Positions 20,435 to 31,854 of a stretch of DNA of 64,000 nt are shown one piece after another (within the stretch, counting starts at the first letter, position 1; every line of letters starts with the position of its first letter). Source of the DNA: an uncultured virus (IMG/VR IMGVR_UViG_3300025012_000952) (lineage: Duplodnaviria > Heunggongvirae > Uroviricota > Caudoviricetes). The notes under the pieces are model-generated. The model saw only the letters and a list, made by a program, of their open reading frames with translations, had not been told where the DNA came from and did not search any database. The DNA lies in the IMG/VR virus record IMGVR_UViG_3300025012_000952, positions 1 through 64,000 of that record; one strand, written 5' to 3'. Position numbers and translations under genes: made by a program.

Positions 20435-22647
20435 TGAGAGCTATGAGTCCCACTATAGTTCGTAATGATAAAGTAACCCCTTTGATTTCCCTCGTTATGA
20501 TAGTGAAAAATGAGGAAGAAATTCTAGAGAAATGTTTAGAGCAAATTAAAGATATAGTAGATGAATTTGTAATAGTTGATACAGGATCTACTGATGGGAC
20601 TAAAGAAATAATTAAAAAATATGGACCACTTTATGAAGTCCCGTTCGAAGATTTTGTAACTACCAAAAATAAGGCATTAGAATTAGCTACTGGTGAATAT
20701 GTACTTTGGATGGACGCAGATGAAATTTTATATGAAGGAAAAGATATTTTAAAGATTCATGCAGAAGAAGGTAATTATGATGCAGTAACTACTAGAATTA
20801 CTGAAGGACCCCCAGATTATTCTATGGTTAGTATGCAATATGATCGTGCTAGAATGTGGCGTAGGGGAACTTTTAAATTTGTAGGTCCCGGAGTTCATGA
20901 GGTAGCTGTAGGAGAAGGCAAAACAATTAAAGATGCTAGGATTTTCGTTCGTCATGAGCATTTAAAAAAGGATAAAGCAAATACAGGTAGGGGAAGGTTT
21001 GAAAAATATGTTACATTGTTAAAAGATTCCATTTCTCGTGGAAATGATTTGTATAGGGCATGGTTTTATTTAGGACGAACGTATAAGGATTTAAATTCTC
21101 CGTTAGATGCAATTGATGCCTATATAGAATATTTGAATTTGCCTAGTCTTTCTTTTACGGATGAGGTTTGGCAAGCTCATTATGATATAGCTTGTTGTTA
21201 TAAAATTAATGGAGAATACGATAAAGCTATTAAATGGTTAATGAAAGCTATTGATGTAGATGAGGATAGATCTGAAGCATATTGCTTATTAGGAGATTTA
21301 TATTTTCAACGTCAGGAATATAATGAGGCAATAAGTTGGTATAAGAAAGCAATAAGAGATATTCCTCAAGATGTTACTTTATTTTTGTCTCCTATTTATT
21401 ATTCTATATATCCAAAAGATCAATTAGTTTTATGTTATTATTTTAGTAATAATTTTGATAAAGCTGGAGAAGTTTGTAAGGATTTAATTAGCCAACTTAA
21501 CGGTAGAGATGATAGAATTTTAAATAATTTATGGTGGATTACTAAAAAAAATCAATCTACTATATTTATGACTTTAGGTAACACCCCGGAACCAATTTAT
21601 GGAGGCATGATAAATGATACGGGGGTAGGTGGAGTAGAAACTACTTATTTGGAACTCTCTGAAGAATTAACTAAATCAGGTAAAAATGTATTTTTATTTT
21701 GTAATACGAATGAGCCTCATATTTATAAAGGAGTGTATTATATACCCTTTACCCAAATAGATGATTATTGGAAATTAAATCCTGATATTATTATAACTTC
21801 TAGATGGTTTGATCCATTTTATGTAGAATCTTCTGCTAAGAAAATTATTTGGTTTCAAGATGCCTTTTTTGGATTACCCGAAGGTAAACCAGATTTATTT
21901 TCAAAAGCTGATTTAGTTATATGTTCTTCTTCTTGGCATAAAAATTATATTTGTGAACGTTTGGGACGATCAATAAAGCCAGAAAAATTAAAGGTAGTTC
22001 CGTTAGGAATCAGAAAAAGCTTGTTTGGTCAAATAGTTGATAGAAATCCAAATAAGGTTATTTATAGTAGCAACCCCGATAGAGGATTGGAACATCTTAT
22101 TGATATGTGGGATGAAATTACTGAAAGAATTCCAAATATCCAATTAACTGTAACATATGGTTGGGAAGGATTGAAAACTTGGAGTGGTAATAGTGAATGG
22201 CATGATTCTATTAAAAGATTACAAAATAAATGTTTTGAAAAAAAAGATCAACATAAAAATATAATTTTCACTGGAAGAATTACTAAGTTAAAATTAGCTA
22301 TGGAAATGTTATCCTCATCATTATTAGTTTATCCCAATAATTTTTGGGAAACTTTTTGTCTCACTGCGTTAGAATCTCAAGCTGCCGGAACTCCGATGAT
22401 TACTACAAATATAGGTGCTTTGCAAACTGTTGTAAATAACGATTGGAATTACTTGATCGACGGATCTCCTAGATCTGAATCATACCAACGAACGTTTATT
22501 GATAAACTAGTAGAATTAATGAATGATAATCAGAAAAGAAAAATTTGGTCAGAAGAAAATAGAAAAAAGATTTATTCTTTAGACTGTGACTGGAAAGATA
22601 TTAGTGGTAAATGGGTAGAATTAATGTATGGTTTATTAGGGGAGTAA
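20434..22647 (+). CDS. GT2-TPR-GT4 multidomain glycosyltransferase
   Basis: ISLVMIVKNEE, VDTGSTDGT, WMDADE; central TPR repeats (AWFYLG, AYCLLGDLYF); ETFCLTALESQAAGTP. Confidence 0.88.
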   Translation: MRAMSPTIVRNDKVTPLISLVMIVKNEEEILEKCLEQIKDIVDEFVIVDTGSTDGTKEIIKKYGPLYEVPFEDFVTTKNKALELATGEYVLWMDADEILYEGKDILKIHAEEGNYDAVTTRITEGPPDYSMVSMQYDRARMWRRGTFKFVGPGVHEVAVGEGKTIKDARIFVRHEHLKKDKANTGRGRFEKYVTLLKDSISRGNDLYRAWFYLGRTYKDLNSPLDAIDAYIEYLNLPSLSFTDEVWQAHYDIACCYKINGEYDKAIKWLMKAIDVDEDRSEAYCLLGDLYFQRQEYNEAISWYKKAIRDIPQDVTLFLSPIYYSIYPKDQLVLCYYFSNNFDKAGEVCKDLISQLNGRDDRILNNLWWITKKNQSTIFMTLGNTPEPIYGGMINDTGVGGVETTYLELSEELTKSGKNVFLFCNTNEPHIYKGVYYIPFTQIDDYWKLNPDIIITSRWFDPFYVESSAKKIIWFQDAFFGLPEGKPDLFSKADLVICSSSWHKNYICERLGRSIKPEKLKVVPLGIRKSLFGQIVDRNPNKVIYSSNPDRGLEHLIDMWDEITERIPNIQLTVTYGWEGLKTWSGNSEWHDSIKRLQNKCFEKKDQHKNIIFTGRITKLKLAMEMLSSSLLVYPNNFWETFCLTALESQAAGTPMITTNIGALQTVVNNDWNYLIDGSPRSESYQRTFIDKLVELMNDNQKRKIWSEENRKKIYSLDCDWKDISGKWVELMYGLLGE

Positions 22648-22651
22648 ATAG

Positions 22652-25600
22652 TTGCCCACTATTGAAACAGTAACAGCTGGAAATCTCCGCAAAGTTCGAC
22701 TAGTTGCAGAGATTGCCGGTCCTACTGGTCCCGTTGGGCCAGAAGGGGCTGTAGGCCCTGCCGGAGTTACTGGTGCTCAAGGTATTACGGGTTCTCAAGG
22801 GCTACAAGGAAGTCAAGGGCAAACAGGGGTACAGGGTTCTCAGGGCATTACGGGATCTCAGGGTTTACAGGGATCTCAAGGACAAACCGGAGTACAAGGT
22901 AGTCAAGGTATTACTGGTAGTCAAGGAGTTCAAGGAAATCAGGGAAATACTGGAGTCCAAGGATCTACGGGTATTACTGGTCCTGCTGGTTCCCAAGGTC
23001 CTGCAGGGACTACAGGAGTACAAGGGCTTACTGGAATAACAGGAAGTCAAGGAGTTCAGGGAAACCAGGGAAATACAGGGGCTGTTGGTTCCCAAGGAAT
23101 AACTGGAAGTCAAGGAGTTCAAGGAAATCAGGGTCAAACAGGAGTACAGGGGTCTACTGGAATAACAGGAAGTCAAGGAGTACAAGGAAATCAGGGTATA
23201 ACTGGTGTAGTAGGATCTCAGGGAATTACAGGTTCTCAGGGAGTTCAAGGAAATCAAGGTAATACGGGGGTTCAAGGATCTACTGGAATTACTGGTAGCC
23301 AAGGAATTCAAGGCCCTGCCGGAGTTACTGGTGCTCAAGGTATAACGGGTATAACAGGTAGTCAAGGAATACAAGGACCCCAAGGGCAAACAGGCGCTCA
23401 AGGAAATCAGGGAATTACAGGTTCTCAGGGAGTTCAAGGAAATCAAGGTAATACGGGGGTTCAAGGATCTACTGGAATTACGGGCTCTCAGGGGGTTCAA
23501 GGAAATCAAGGAACCACTGGTTCTGTAGGTGTCCAAGGTATTACTGGCCAAACTGGTCCTCAAGGAAGTCAGGGTCCTGCAGGATCTACGGGGGTTCAAG
23601 GATCTACTGGAATTACGGGCTCTCAGGGGGTTCAAGGAAATCAGGGTATAACTGGAAGTCAAGGAGTTCAAGGTATAACAGGCAGTCAGGGCGTTCAGGG
23701 TTCTCAAGGTAATACTGGATTAGTAGGGTCTACTGGGGGAACTGGCCCAATAGGACCTCAAGGCATTACCGGAAGTCAGGGAATTCAAGGTATTACTGGC
23801 AATACTGGGGTTCAAGGTACCCAAGGAATTACAGGTAGTCAGGGAGTTCAGGGAAATCAAGGAAATACTGGGGTTCAAGGTACCCAAGGAATTACAGGTA
23901 GTCAGGGAGTTCAGGGAAATCAAGGAAATACTGGGGTTCAAGGAAGTCAAGGAGTTCAAGGAAATACAGGAGTACAAGGTAGTCAAGGTATTACTGGCAA
24001 TACTGGGGTTCAAGGTACCCAAGGAATTACAGGTAGTCAGGGAGTTCAGGGAAATCAAGGAAATACTGGGGTTCAAGGAGTTCAGGGAAATACTGGGGTT
24101 CAAGGAAGTCAAGGTATAACAGGAAATATAGGAGTACAAGGAAATCAAGGAAATACTGGGGTTCAGGGAGTACAAGGAACTCAGGGAATAACTGGTAATC
24201 AAGGAGTTCAAGGAAATACCGGAGTTCAAGGTAGTCAAGGAACAACGGGGGTTCAAGGAGTACAAGGTAGTCAAGGAAATACTGGGATTCAAGGGGTACA
24301 GGGAAATCAAGGTAATACGGGGGTTCAAGGAAATCAAGGAATTACAGGTTCTCAGGGAATTCAAGGAAATCAAGGAATTACTGGTAGCCAAGGAAATCAA
24401 GGAATTACTGGTAGCCAAGGAAATCAAGGAATAACAGGTAATACCGGAGTACAAGGAGTTCAGGGGAATACGGGAGTTCAAGGAAATCAAGGAATTACTG
24501 GTAATACAGGAGTTCAGGGCAGTCAAGGAACAACGGGGGTTCAGGGAGTACAAGGAACTCAGGGAATAACTGGTAATCAAGGAAATCAAGGCATTACTGG
24601 TAGTCAAGGAGTTCAGGGACAGACGGGTGTTCAGGGAGTACAAGGAAATCAAGGTATTACGGGATCTCAAGGTATTCAAGGGACTCAGGGAATAACTGGT
24701 AGTCAGGGGAATCAAGGGATAACTGGTCCAACGGGGGCACAGGGAAATGTAGGTCCCCAAGGAAATACGGGGGCAGAAGGAGCGGCTGGAATTACAGGAG
24801 TCCAAGGAGGAACGGGTACCCAAGGACCTCAAGGGATAACAGGCATTGTAGGGGACACTCTTGCTCACGTAATTCAATTTATAACTGGTGGTTATGCATA
24901 CGGAGGGTCTAAAAATACATTTGGGGCTACCGGAGCCGGTTGGTGGCTTGGAATGGATACAGATGGTATAGCTAAATTTCATATGGGGGATGTTAATAAT
25001 TTTGTTAAATTTGATGGGCAAACTGGAATAATTCAACAAGGATATACAGCCCCTACTGATAATAATACTGCTGCTGGGGCTGGTATAAAAATTGTAGGTG
25101 GGAAAATAGAGGCATATGGAGGAGATCAGACGTTCGGTGGAACAATGATTTCCTCCGATGGTAATTATATGGTTACTATTGGAAAATATCTGACTGCTAC
25201 TGGATTGACGAAGCGGTACCCGCTGAATAATGCTACAAACTTTACGGCAGATGGACAAGTTCATATTTACGCTTGGGATACTGTCCCAATCACTGATACT
25301 TGGGTTGAAGTAGTGGATTTAGGTAAAACTAGTGATGGCTCATTTGACTGGGGTATTTTGGTTAATGGGGACGTTCCTGGTAGGGGAATAAAAGTCGAGG
25401 GTGGCGTAGAAGGTATTAAGTCTGTGGGAGCATCGGGGGCAGGGATAACTTCTATAGTAAACACCGTTAATACAATAGCTATAGTAGCTCAGAATAGCTA
25501 CGGGTCTGGCGTAGATTATGCTTATGGTCTTCAAGCTAGTTCTTCGTACGGGTATAGTATAGTTGCTGAATGTGAAAGTAATACTATTTCTCCTCTGCAA

Positions 25601-25858
25601 ATCGATCCGAGTGGTAGTGCCTCAGTTCCTTCCCATACAGCGTTGAAAGGATCATTTTGGGTAGATTCTAACGGGAATATGTTTATGAATGTAACTGGGG
25701 GTGGTGGAGTAGGAGCTTGGAAGACTATAGGAATTTATTATGGGAATTTGATCACTTCTGCTGTGGCTAATGGCTCAATGTGTGCTTTTGATGATGGGGG
25801 GGTATACAGAGTATATGTAAAGATAGCCGCGGCATGGTACCAAATATTTAGCATTTAG
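22652..25858 (+). CDS. Collagen-like tail fibre/virion appendage protein
   Basis: About 237 Gly-X-Y triplets followed by a beta-rich C-terminal domain; last large gene of the tail operon. Confidence 0.8.
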   Translation: MPTIETVTAGNLRKVRLVAEIAGPTGPVGPEGAVGPAGVTGAQGITGSQGLQGSQGQTGVQGSQGITGSQGLQGSQGQTGVQGSQGITGSQGVQGNQGNTGVQGSTGITGPAGSQGPAGTTGVQGLTGITGSQGVQGNQGNTGAVGSQGITGSQGVQGNQGQTGVQGSTGITGSQGVQGNQGITGVVGSQGITGSQGVQGNQGNTGVQGSTGITGSQGIQGPAGVTGAQGITGITGSQGIQGPQGQTGAQGNQGITGSQGVQGNQGNTGVQGSTGITGSQGVQGNQGTTGSVGVQGITGQTGPQGSQGPAGSTGVQGSTGITGSQGVQGNQGITGSQGVQGITGSQGVQGSQGNTGLVGSTGGTGPIGPQGITGSQGIQGITGNTGVQGTQGITGSQGVQGNQGNTGVQGTQGITGSQGVQGNQGNTGVQGSQGVQGNTGVQGSQGITGNTGVQGTQGITGSQGVQGNQGNTGVQGVQGNTGVQGSQGITGNIGVQGNQGNTGVQGVQGTQGITGNQGVQGNTGVQGSQGTTGVQGVQGSQGNTGIQGVQGNQGNTGVQGNQGITGSQGIQGNQGITGSQGNQGITGSQGNQGITGNTGVQGVQGNTGVQGNQGITGNTGVQGSQGTTGVQGVQGTQGITGNQGNQGITGSQGVQGQTGVQGVQGNQGITGSQGIQGTQGITGSQGNQGITGPTGAQGNVGPQGNTGAEGAAGITGVQGGTGTQGPQGITGIVGDTLAHVIQFITGGYAYGGSKNTFGATGAGWWLGMDTDGIAKFHMGDVNNFVKFDGQTGIIQQGYTAPTDNNTAAGAGIKIVGGKIEAYGGDQTFGGTMISSDGNYMVTIGKYLTATGLTKRYPLNNATNFTADGQVHIYAWDTVPITDTWVEVVDLGKTSDGSFDWGILVNGDVPGRGIKVEGGVEGIKSVGASGAGITSIVNTVNTIAIVAQNSYGSGVDYAYGLQASSSYGYSIVAECESNTISPLQIDPSGSASVPSHTALKGSFWVDSNGNMFMNVTGGGGVGAWKTIGIYYGNLITSAVANGSMCAFDDGGVYRVYVKIAAAWYQIFSI
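22718..24853 (+). repeat. Collagen Gly-X-(Thr/Gln) coding repeat
   Basis: [15 protein letters not shown] triplets with 9-nt periodicity and longer internal duplications. Confidence 0.95.
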
Positions 25859-25917
25859 AGTAAATTTTACTTGGGCAACCCTTTGGAATTCACCCTTAGA
25901 TCTAAAAGGAGGAAATT

Positions 25918-26169
25918 ATGGCTTGGACTGCTACTTTAACTTCGATTACAAAAGATTCGGCAGCTAAAAAAATTACTACCGTGGTCACTATAAATGGAGG
26001 AAGTGAACCTTATATAATGACTTTTATTCAAAATTTTTCCGATGTTAGATTAAACCAAACTCAAATGATTAGTGAAATTCGAGAATTTATTGCTAAAATG
26101 AAAGATATCGAGGCGATGTATGTTCAACTAAAGGCATTAGAAGGGAATAATATTCCTTTGAATTTATAA
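25918..26169 (+). CDS. Hypothetical protein (possible fibre chaperone)
   Basis: Strong SD AAGGAGG; follows the fibre gene. Confidence 0.6.
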   Translation: MAWTATLTSITKDSAAKKITTVVTINGGSEPYIMTFIQNFSDVRLNQTQMISEIREFIAKMKDIEAMYVQLKALEGNNIPLNL

Positions 26170-26177
26170 AAATTTAT

Positions 26178-26882
26178 TTACAGTAACCCTAATGAATCTT
26201 CAGTATTCTTAGGGACTTCATTTTTCTTATCTATTAAAATACCGGCTTTTTCCAAACGAATGGTTAAAGACCTCTCCGTAACCCCCAAATCTTTAGCCAT
26301 TTCTAAAATAGATTTTTTATTTTCTTTATAAAATGTAGCAGCTTCTTTCAAATTATTAAATCCTTTTTCATTTAAAAGTTTAATCCATTTTTCTTTAATA
26401 TCTGTTTTAGTAAATCCATCTTCATCTTTTTGAGAAGGTCTTTTCATTTTTACTAAATTTTTTATTGGAAGATTTCTATCTCCATCCATTTTTATTTTAA
26501 GATATTCTATTGTTCTGGTAGTTACTCCTAACTCATTAGCCATCTCTGTGTTGGTATATTTCTTTTTATACGTTTCCATCATATCATCTATATTTTTAAA
26601 TCCTTTTGCTTCTGCAATTATATTCCATTTATTCCAAAAAGAAGATGGTACATCATAAGGTATCGTTAGATAAGGTCTTAATTTGGAATAGGCAGTATAA
26701 TAATTAATATTAATATTTTTCAAAGTTAACCATTGATGTATAGTTTTAAAGGAACCTCCTTTACTGATCCAGGAATCTACGAATGAATTTATACTGGAAT
26801 ACCCTTCTTCTTTAATTAGTTCTTCGAATTTTTCAAAAAAAGGTTTTTTTCCAGATTTATACATGTATGGTAGATTCTCCAT
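26178..26882 (-). CDS. Repeated HTH DNA-binding protein
   Basis: Three related units (..KGF.N......Y.....EMA..LGVT.R.). Confidence 0.6.
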   Translation of the reverse strand: MENLPYMYKSGKKPFFEKFEELIKEEGYSSINSFVDSWISKGGSFKTIHQWLTLKNININYYTAYSKLRPYLTIPYDVPSSFWNKWNIIAEAKGFKNIDDMMETYKKKYTNTEMANELGVTTRTIEYLKIKMDGDRNLPIKNLVKMKRPSQKDEDGFTKTDIKEKWIKLLNEKGFNNLKEAATFYKENKKSILEMAKDLGVTERSLTIRLEKAGILIDKKNEVPKNTEDSLGLL

Positions 26883-28767
26883 TTTCTTTTATAATAGTTA
26901 TTGAACAATCAAATTTATCTTTGAAAGATTCATCATGATCAGTGACTAGAACAACTTTTCCAGATTCTGCCAATTCTTCAAAAGTTTGAAAGTTTGTTTC
27001 CTTACCAAAATCATCTAAAGAATCATTTGGTTCATCAAATGCAATAATAGAAAAATCTACATTACACCCATCTTTTATAAATTGAGATAATGCTCTGGAT
27101 ATGGACAGTCTAATTTTTTGTCTTTCCCCCCCACTATACATTTCGTAGGAAACTTCATCTCCATTAGAATCTACTATAGCAATATGAAATTCATCTTTAA
27201 TTGTTCCAGATCTAGTTTCCCTCTCCGTAGTCATAACTATGTTTAATTCAGAACTATATTCTGAAAGGTAATGCTGGGCTAATGATTCTAATTGGGATAT
27301 CATAGAATCAAATAGCATCATTCTAATTTTCTTGAACCCGTCTATCCAGAAATCAAAATACTTCTTTTTGGTAAGTATATTATTTTTGTTTTCATTGATT
27401 TCTCGTATTTCTGCTCCTAATTCTTTTATTTGATTTTTCCTTTTTTCTTCCATTTCTATGTATGGATTGAATTCATTAGTTTTTAATTCAATATTATCTT
27501 CTAAATTTTGAATTTCTAATTCTAGTTTAGTTACAATAGAATTCCCCGATAGTTTAACCAATTGGATTTTTAAGCTAGAAATCAAATTTTTAATTCTTTC
27601 TAGTTCTTCTATTTTTTGATCCATTTCAATTAACGAGGCTCTGTCTTCTTTCATCAATTCCCTTACTTTTTTTTCTTGGGTAGCTAAATTATCTATTTTG
27701 ACATTTTCTTCCATGATTTCTAAACCCAATTGATTTATTTTAGATTGTAGGTATTTTCCAGTTACCATTTGACTGCAGAATGGGCAAGGCCCTTCTCCGC
27801 TTCTAGTAAGTTTTTGAATCTCTGCATTTAGCTTATCAATAATTTTTTTATGAGAATCTCGTTGAAATAAAATAGTATTTATTTCTGCTTGACGATTAGC
27901 AAAAATATCGGCTAATTCTTTTCTATTTGTAGTACTATTGATTAAGGAATCTCTATGATCTTCCTTTTTATCTATTTCTTCTTGAATTTTATTTATTTCA
28001 TTTGATATTTCTAGTCTTTTTTCTCCCAATGATTTCTTTTTATATGATAAATCTTGTTCCCAAGATATTAAACAAGCTGTTCTTTCGGATTCAAAATTAT
28101 CTATAGGAATCCTATAGGAGGTAGATCGAATTCCGGTAAGTTTGCCTGTTTTATTCTCTAAAGAACGTTCCAATTCAAACACCAGGGACTGTAATGCTTT
28201 TGCCGATTCCCCGGCTTTCCGACTACCCTCCACAAATCTATCTAATCCCCTTATATCTGTCAGAATTTTTGCTCTATCAGCAGGACGGAGATCAGGAAAC
28301 GACATAAAGTCTCTACCAAACATTACTGAGCATTGAAAGGAAATAAAATTCATTTGTATGATTTTTTCTAAATGAATCTGTTTAATTTGGTACGTTGAAT
28401 TTTTTAATAATTCTTCTTCTTCTTTCCAAATTCTAAGATTAGGAGTTTTCTTACGTTCGATGCTTCTTTCTATTTTATAATTGATTTCGTTCGCTTTAAG
28501 TAAAACTTGGATTACGGCTAATTTTGATTTTTTATGTATGATTTCATCTTTATATCTATTCTTTCTACAAAGTTCCCCGAATAATCCATAAGTTAACGTC
28601 TCTAGTAGACTTGACTTTCCACTGCCATTTGACTTACTTTTTTCGTCATCTAAATTTTTTCCATCAATTTGAACGGCCATCCCTTCGTAATTAGAAATTG
28701 CAAATTCAAAAGGTTTCTTAAACGTCATAAACCCTTTTCCAGATATATTTATAATTTGTATTAACAT
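26857..28767 (-). CDS. sbcC: SbcC/Rad50-like ATPase (gp46-like)
   Basis: Walker A NGSGKSS, Zn hook CPFC, signature YSGGE, Walker B FDEP. Confidence 0.92.
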   Translation of the reverse strand: MLIQIINISGKGFMTFKKPFEFAISNYEGMAVQIDGKNLDDEKSKSNGSGKSSLLETLTYGLFGELCRKNRYKDEIIHKKSKLAVIQVLLKANEINYKIERSIERKKTPNLRIWKEEEELLKNSTYQIKQIHLEKIIQMNFISFQCSVMFGRDFMSFPDLRPADRAKILTDIRGLDRFVEGSRKAGESAKALQSLVFELERSLENKTGKLTGIRSTSYRIPIDNFESERTACLISWEQDLSYKKKSLGEKRLEISNEINKIQEEIDKKEDHRDSLINSTTNRKELADIFANRQAEINTILFQRDSHKKIIDKLNAEIQKLTRSGEGPCPFCSQMVTGKYLQSKINQLGLEIMEENVKIDNLATQEKKVRELMKEDRASLIEMDQKIEELERIKNLISSLKIQLVKLSGNSIVTKLELEIQNLEDNIELKTNEFNPYIEMEEKRKNQIKELGAEIREINENKNNILTKKKYFDFWIDGFKKIRMMLFDSMISQLESLAQHYLSEYSSELNIVMTTERETRSGTIKDEFHIAIVDSNGDEVSYEMYSGGERQKIRLSISRALSQFIKDGCNVDFSIIAFDEPNDSLDDFGKETNFQTFEELAESGKVVLVTDHDESFKDKFDCSITIIKENGESTIHV

Positions 28768-29021
28768 TTTCTCTCCGGATTTTGGCTAGGAAGTAACGAC
28801 CAAAGAAATTTTTGAGAATGTATTTTACAAGAAAATACCCTCATTTCTGATACCATTTTATCTCGTATTTCTGATTCGAATTCATCTATACGTTTGCTCA
28901 TCATCACAATAGAAGTTATTTCCTTTCTAGGATTTTCTTCTTGATCCTCTTTTTTAAATGGTAAAGGTTGTACTTCAAAAATGATTTCCCTTTTTCTTTT
29001 TATTAAAAAAGGTCGTTTCAT
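28761..29021 (-). CDS. Hypothetical protein
   Basis: Fills the gap between sbcD and sbcC with overlapping start/stop. Confidence 0.45.
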   Translation of the reverse strand: MKRPFLIKRKREIIFEVQPLPFKKEDQEENPRKEITSIVMMSKRIDEFESEIRDKMVSEMRVFSCKIHSQKFLWSLLPSQNPERKC

Positions 29022-30106
29022 GATTTAAATATTTCAATCCCTGTCCTTATCAAATCATCAATATTTAAATCCGTTCCTTCGGAATTATTTTGAACATATA
29101 AATTTATAATGGAATCATCATCTTCAATTATATTTTCAGGAATCTGAGATTGACGTTGTTTTACTATTTGAACTTGGAAGGAAATTCCCCTAGCACCCGC
29201 ACCTTGTAATTTAGATCGGATGTCATTTTTGATTTCTGTGTTCCATTGGGAGGCTGGAACGTCCCCGACCACTCTGATATAATTGCCTTCCAAGCTGGTT
29301 GCTTTATCCCACTGGTCAGGAAACGATTTAACATCCAATGATTTGAACTCTGGATATTTAAGTTTAATTGGGGCAAGTTTTTTGGTTTTAGAATTAAGCA
29401 CCCAGATAAATCGGTTCTGTCCTTCGTCAGAAAAACGTATTTGATAAGGGCTTCCAACATATTGGACATTCCCACACATCTGGACTTTATGAATATGGCC
29501 CGAGATGTAGAGTGTTCCGGGGTTGAAAAAATATGAATCCATTCTTCCGGGTATTTCTCTTCCTGTTTCATAAGTTACTCCAGGGATTTCTTGATGAAAA
29601 AATACTATGTCGGGATTTTGAGAATTTATTCCTTTCAAATTTACTAAGAAATCTTCAAATTTTCTTTCATAAGGAATAAATCCAATTTTTACTCCGTCTA
29701 TTCTAGTAATCATTTGGGTTAACGTTATTAAACAAAGATCAAATAATTTAGCAATAGGATATTTGGGCAAGTTGAAATCATGATTACCGAGCAACGCTGT
29801 ATGTAGAACTTCTCCTTTTTCTATTTCCGATAACATTTTGTTGCATTCAATAAGTAAGTGGGAGGGAACTTTATCTTTAAGCTCAAATAAATCTCCGAGG
29901 GAATAAACCCATTTAATTTCAGGATGACTTCGTAAAATATCTATGATTTGTTGAAAAATATTTAATCCTTCTACTAAACGAGAATTTAGTCCTGTTTTTT
30001 CATCAACTTGTTCGAACTCTTTACGTTCATGAAGATGAAGATCAGAAAATATGAGTGAATCTGGAAGTATATCAAAGGGAGATGATGGTCGGAGTAGTTT
30101 CCTCAT
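29018..30106 (-). CDS. sbcD: SbcD/Mre11-like metallophosphoesterase nuclease (gp47-like)
   Basis: FSDLH, LGDLF, GNHD, SGHIH, YVGSP motifs. Confidence 0.92.
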   Translation of the reverse strand: MRKLLRPSSPFDILPDSLIFSDLHLHERKEFEQVDEKTGLNSRLVEGLNIFQQIIDILRSHPEIKWVYSLGDLFELKDKVPSHLLIECNKMLSEIEKGEVLHTALLGNHDFNLPKYPIAKLFDLCLITLTQMITRIDGVKIGFIPYERKFEDFLVNLKGINSQNPDIVFFHQEIPGVTYETGREIPGRMDSYFFNPGTLYISGHIHKVQMCGNVQYVGSPYQIRFSDEGQNRFIWVLNSKTKKLAPIKLKYPEFKSLDVKSFPDQWDKATSLEGNYIRVVGDVPASQWNTEIKNDIRSKLQGAGARGISFQVQIVKQRQSQIPENIIEDDDSIINLYVQNNSEGTDLNIDDLIRTGIEIFKS

Positions 30107-30882
30107 TTAATTCCCCATCGTGCTTTTATTATTCTCACTCGACATTCAGGATTGGCCCATTCTAAAATAGATGCTTCTTTTATTTTGGCTTTAACTTCTG
30201 GGGAACGTTTTTGTCCTTTTCTAAGGTCCTTCATCCTTTTTCTATATTCAGGATCTTTCCATTTTTCTTTAAGATATTCGGACCTTCCGTCTTTATAGTT
30301 AGGGTCCTTTCTTCTTATTTCATTAGATGATAGTATTTTAACCCTGTGTTCTGGATTTTTCCAAGTATTTTTTCGAATTTCTGATAACATAGATTTTGTT
30401 TCTGGATTGGATAGTCTATCTTTATGTATTTTAGACATTCTTTCTTTATATTTAGGATCTTTCCAAAGCTCTTTATTAATTTCTATCATTTTAGTTTTGT
30501 ATTCAAGATTTTTCCATCTCTTTTTGCCATTTTCTATCATTTTTGCTATAGCTTCTTTAGTGTGTTTCATCCCTTTTCTAGAACCTGCATATCTACAAAT
30601 ATCGTATCCATAATTAGGATCATATGATTTATAAAAATCTTTCCAATATTGTTCTCTGGGAATTAATTGATTTAAATCATCAATTGATTCTTGTATCATT
30701 AATACAAAATTTTTCCTACCGTCCAAATTAAAAGCATATTGAAGGTGAGGAGAATGATGAATCCCTTTACGAAGGAGACCCAAATGGTCTTTCCATCTTT
30801 TTCTAAAGTTTTCAGCAGACCCTATATACATTTTTCCATTTACCATATTTACAATTTTATATATACCACCATAAGTGGGCAT
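30103..30882 (-). CDS. Free-standing GIY-YIG homing endonuclease with NUMOD3-like repeats
   Basis: GIYKIVN..NGKMYIGSA..FRKRW..H, REQYW, GYD; W..PEY repeats; start at ATG 30882. Confidence 0.88.
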   Translation of the reverse strand: MPTYGGIYKIVNMVNGKMYIGSAENFRKRWKDHLGLLRKGIHHSPHLQYAFNLDGRKNFVLMIQESIDDLNQLIPREQYWKDFYKSYDPNYGYDICRYAGSRKGMKHTKEAIAKMIENGKKRWKNLEYKTKMIEINKELWKDPKYKERMSKIHKDRLSNPETKSMLSEIRKNTWKNPEHRVKILSSNEIRRKDPNYKDGRSEYLKEKWKDPEYRKRMKDLRKGQKRSPEVKAKIKEASILEWANPECRVRIIKARWGIK

Positions 30883-30893
30883 TATTAACTTTC

Positions 30894-31382
30894 TCAAATT
30901 ATTTTCCTTTGACGCATTTGAGGATTCAAAAATTGAAACCCATACCTTGCTAAGACGTATGCATCGCATAAATTATCATCATCGAAGTCTACCCCAAATT
31001 TCTTATGCACTGATAAAAGCATAAGGTCTTTTTTTGAATTTCCTTTTCCAGTTACAAATTTTTTTAATACAGTTGGAGGAACGATGATAAAAGGATAATT
31101 CGCCATAAATAAATCTCGTTTTATTATTCCTGCAAGCTCTCCTAATTGAAATATACTGATTGTTTTGGTGATACCAAAAGCAGGACCTTCTATCATTATT
31201 AGATCAGGTTTAATCTTACCAACGGATAATCCAATACTAATTGCTATTTTTGTTAATCTTGGTGTATTTTCCTCTTTGGAAGAAGATGTTATGAGTCGTT
31301 GTTCTACAATTTTTTCTTGGGAATCTACAGCTACCAATCCAGTTGCACATAACGATAAATCTAGTCCCATCACTATACTCAT
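30894..31382 (-). CDS. ruvC: RuvC-like Holliday junction resolvase
   Basis: MGLDLSL..TG, MIEG, PTVLKKFVTGKGNSKK, DNLCDA. Confidence 0.88.
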   Translation of the reverse strand: MSIVMGLDLSLCATGLVAVDSQEKIVEQRLITSSSKEENTPRLTKIAISIGLSVGKIKPDLIMIEGPAFGITKTISIFQLGELAGIIKRDLFMANYPFIIVPPTVLKKFVTGKGNSKKDLMLLSVHKKFGVDFDDDNLCDAYVLARYGFQFLNPQMRQRKII

Positions 31383-31389
31383 GGATTTT

Positions 31390-31854
31390 TCATCCTCCTT
31401 GGTTCCCAAAGAATTCAACCAAAACAACTTCACCATCCAATGATTTAGCCGTTAATTCTTTTCCGGGGAAATATTTCAATTTAATTATAGACCAAAATAA
31501 TCCCCGTATAGATTTCAAAGCCTCCGTCTTCCATCTTACTTCTTCTTCTCTTCTTTTTGATTCTACTACTGTATGACTAGTTATATCTAATTTCACTATA
31601 TTAATTTGATCTACCATTATATCTGATATGGAAAACATCAGTTTTTTCCAACCAGATAATTGCAATAAAATTATTTCTTGAGGTTGAACGGGGGTTCCTT
31701 TATATTTCCAATTTGGTAATTGTAAAAGTATGGCCGATCCGAATAATTCTTTAGTCAAATGGGTTAAAAACAATTCCCATCGTTTTTCTTCAACGCTAGG
31801 ACTTAAATTGACTACATTATTTTCATTCATATTAATTCCTACTTTTTGGGACAC
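31390..31854 (-). CDS. Hypothetical protein
   Basis: ORF packed into the operon; start may be 31830. Confidence 0.5.
   Translation of the reverse strand: MSQKVGINMNENNVVNLSPSVEEKRWELFLTHLTKELFGSAILLQLPNWKYKGTPVQPQEIILLQLSGWKKLMFSISDIMVDQINIVKLDITSHTVVESKRREEEVRWKTEALKSIRGLFWSIIKLKYFPGKELTAKSLDGEVVLVEFFGNQGG

Noticed and set aside
22718..24853. Repeat array as a possible CRISPR or DGR
   Set aside because: In-frame collagen coding repeat with no unique spacers; no cas or RT gene in the window
22773..25264. Long alternative-frame and antisense ORFs (280 aa, 514 aa, etc.) over the collagen gene
   Set aside because: Shadows of the 9-nt periodic repeat; low-complexity products
29164..29571. 135-aa same-strand alternative-frame ORF inside sbcD
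   Set aside because: No recognisable motif or expression signals, unlike the ORF nested in the intein
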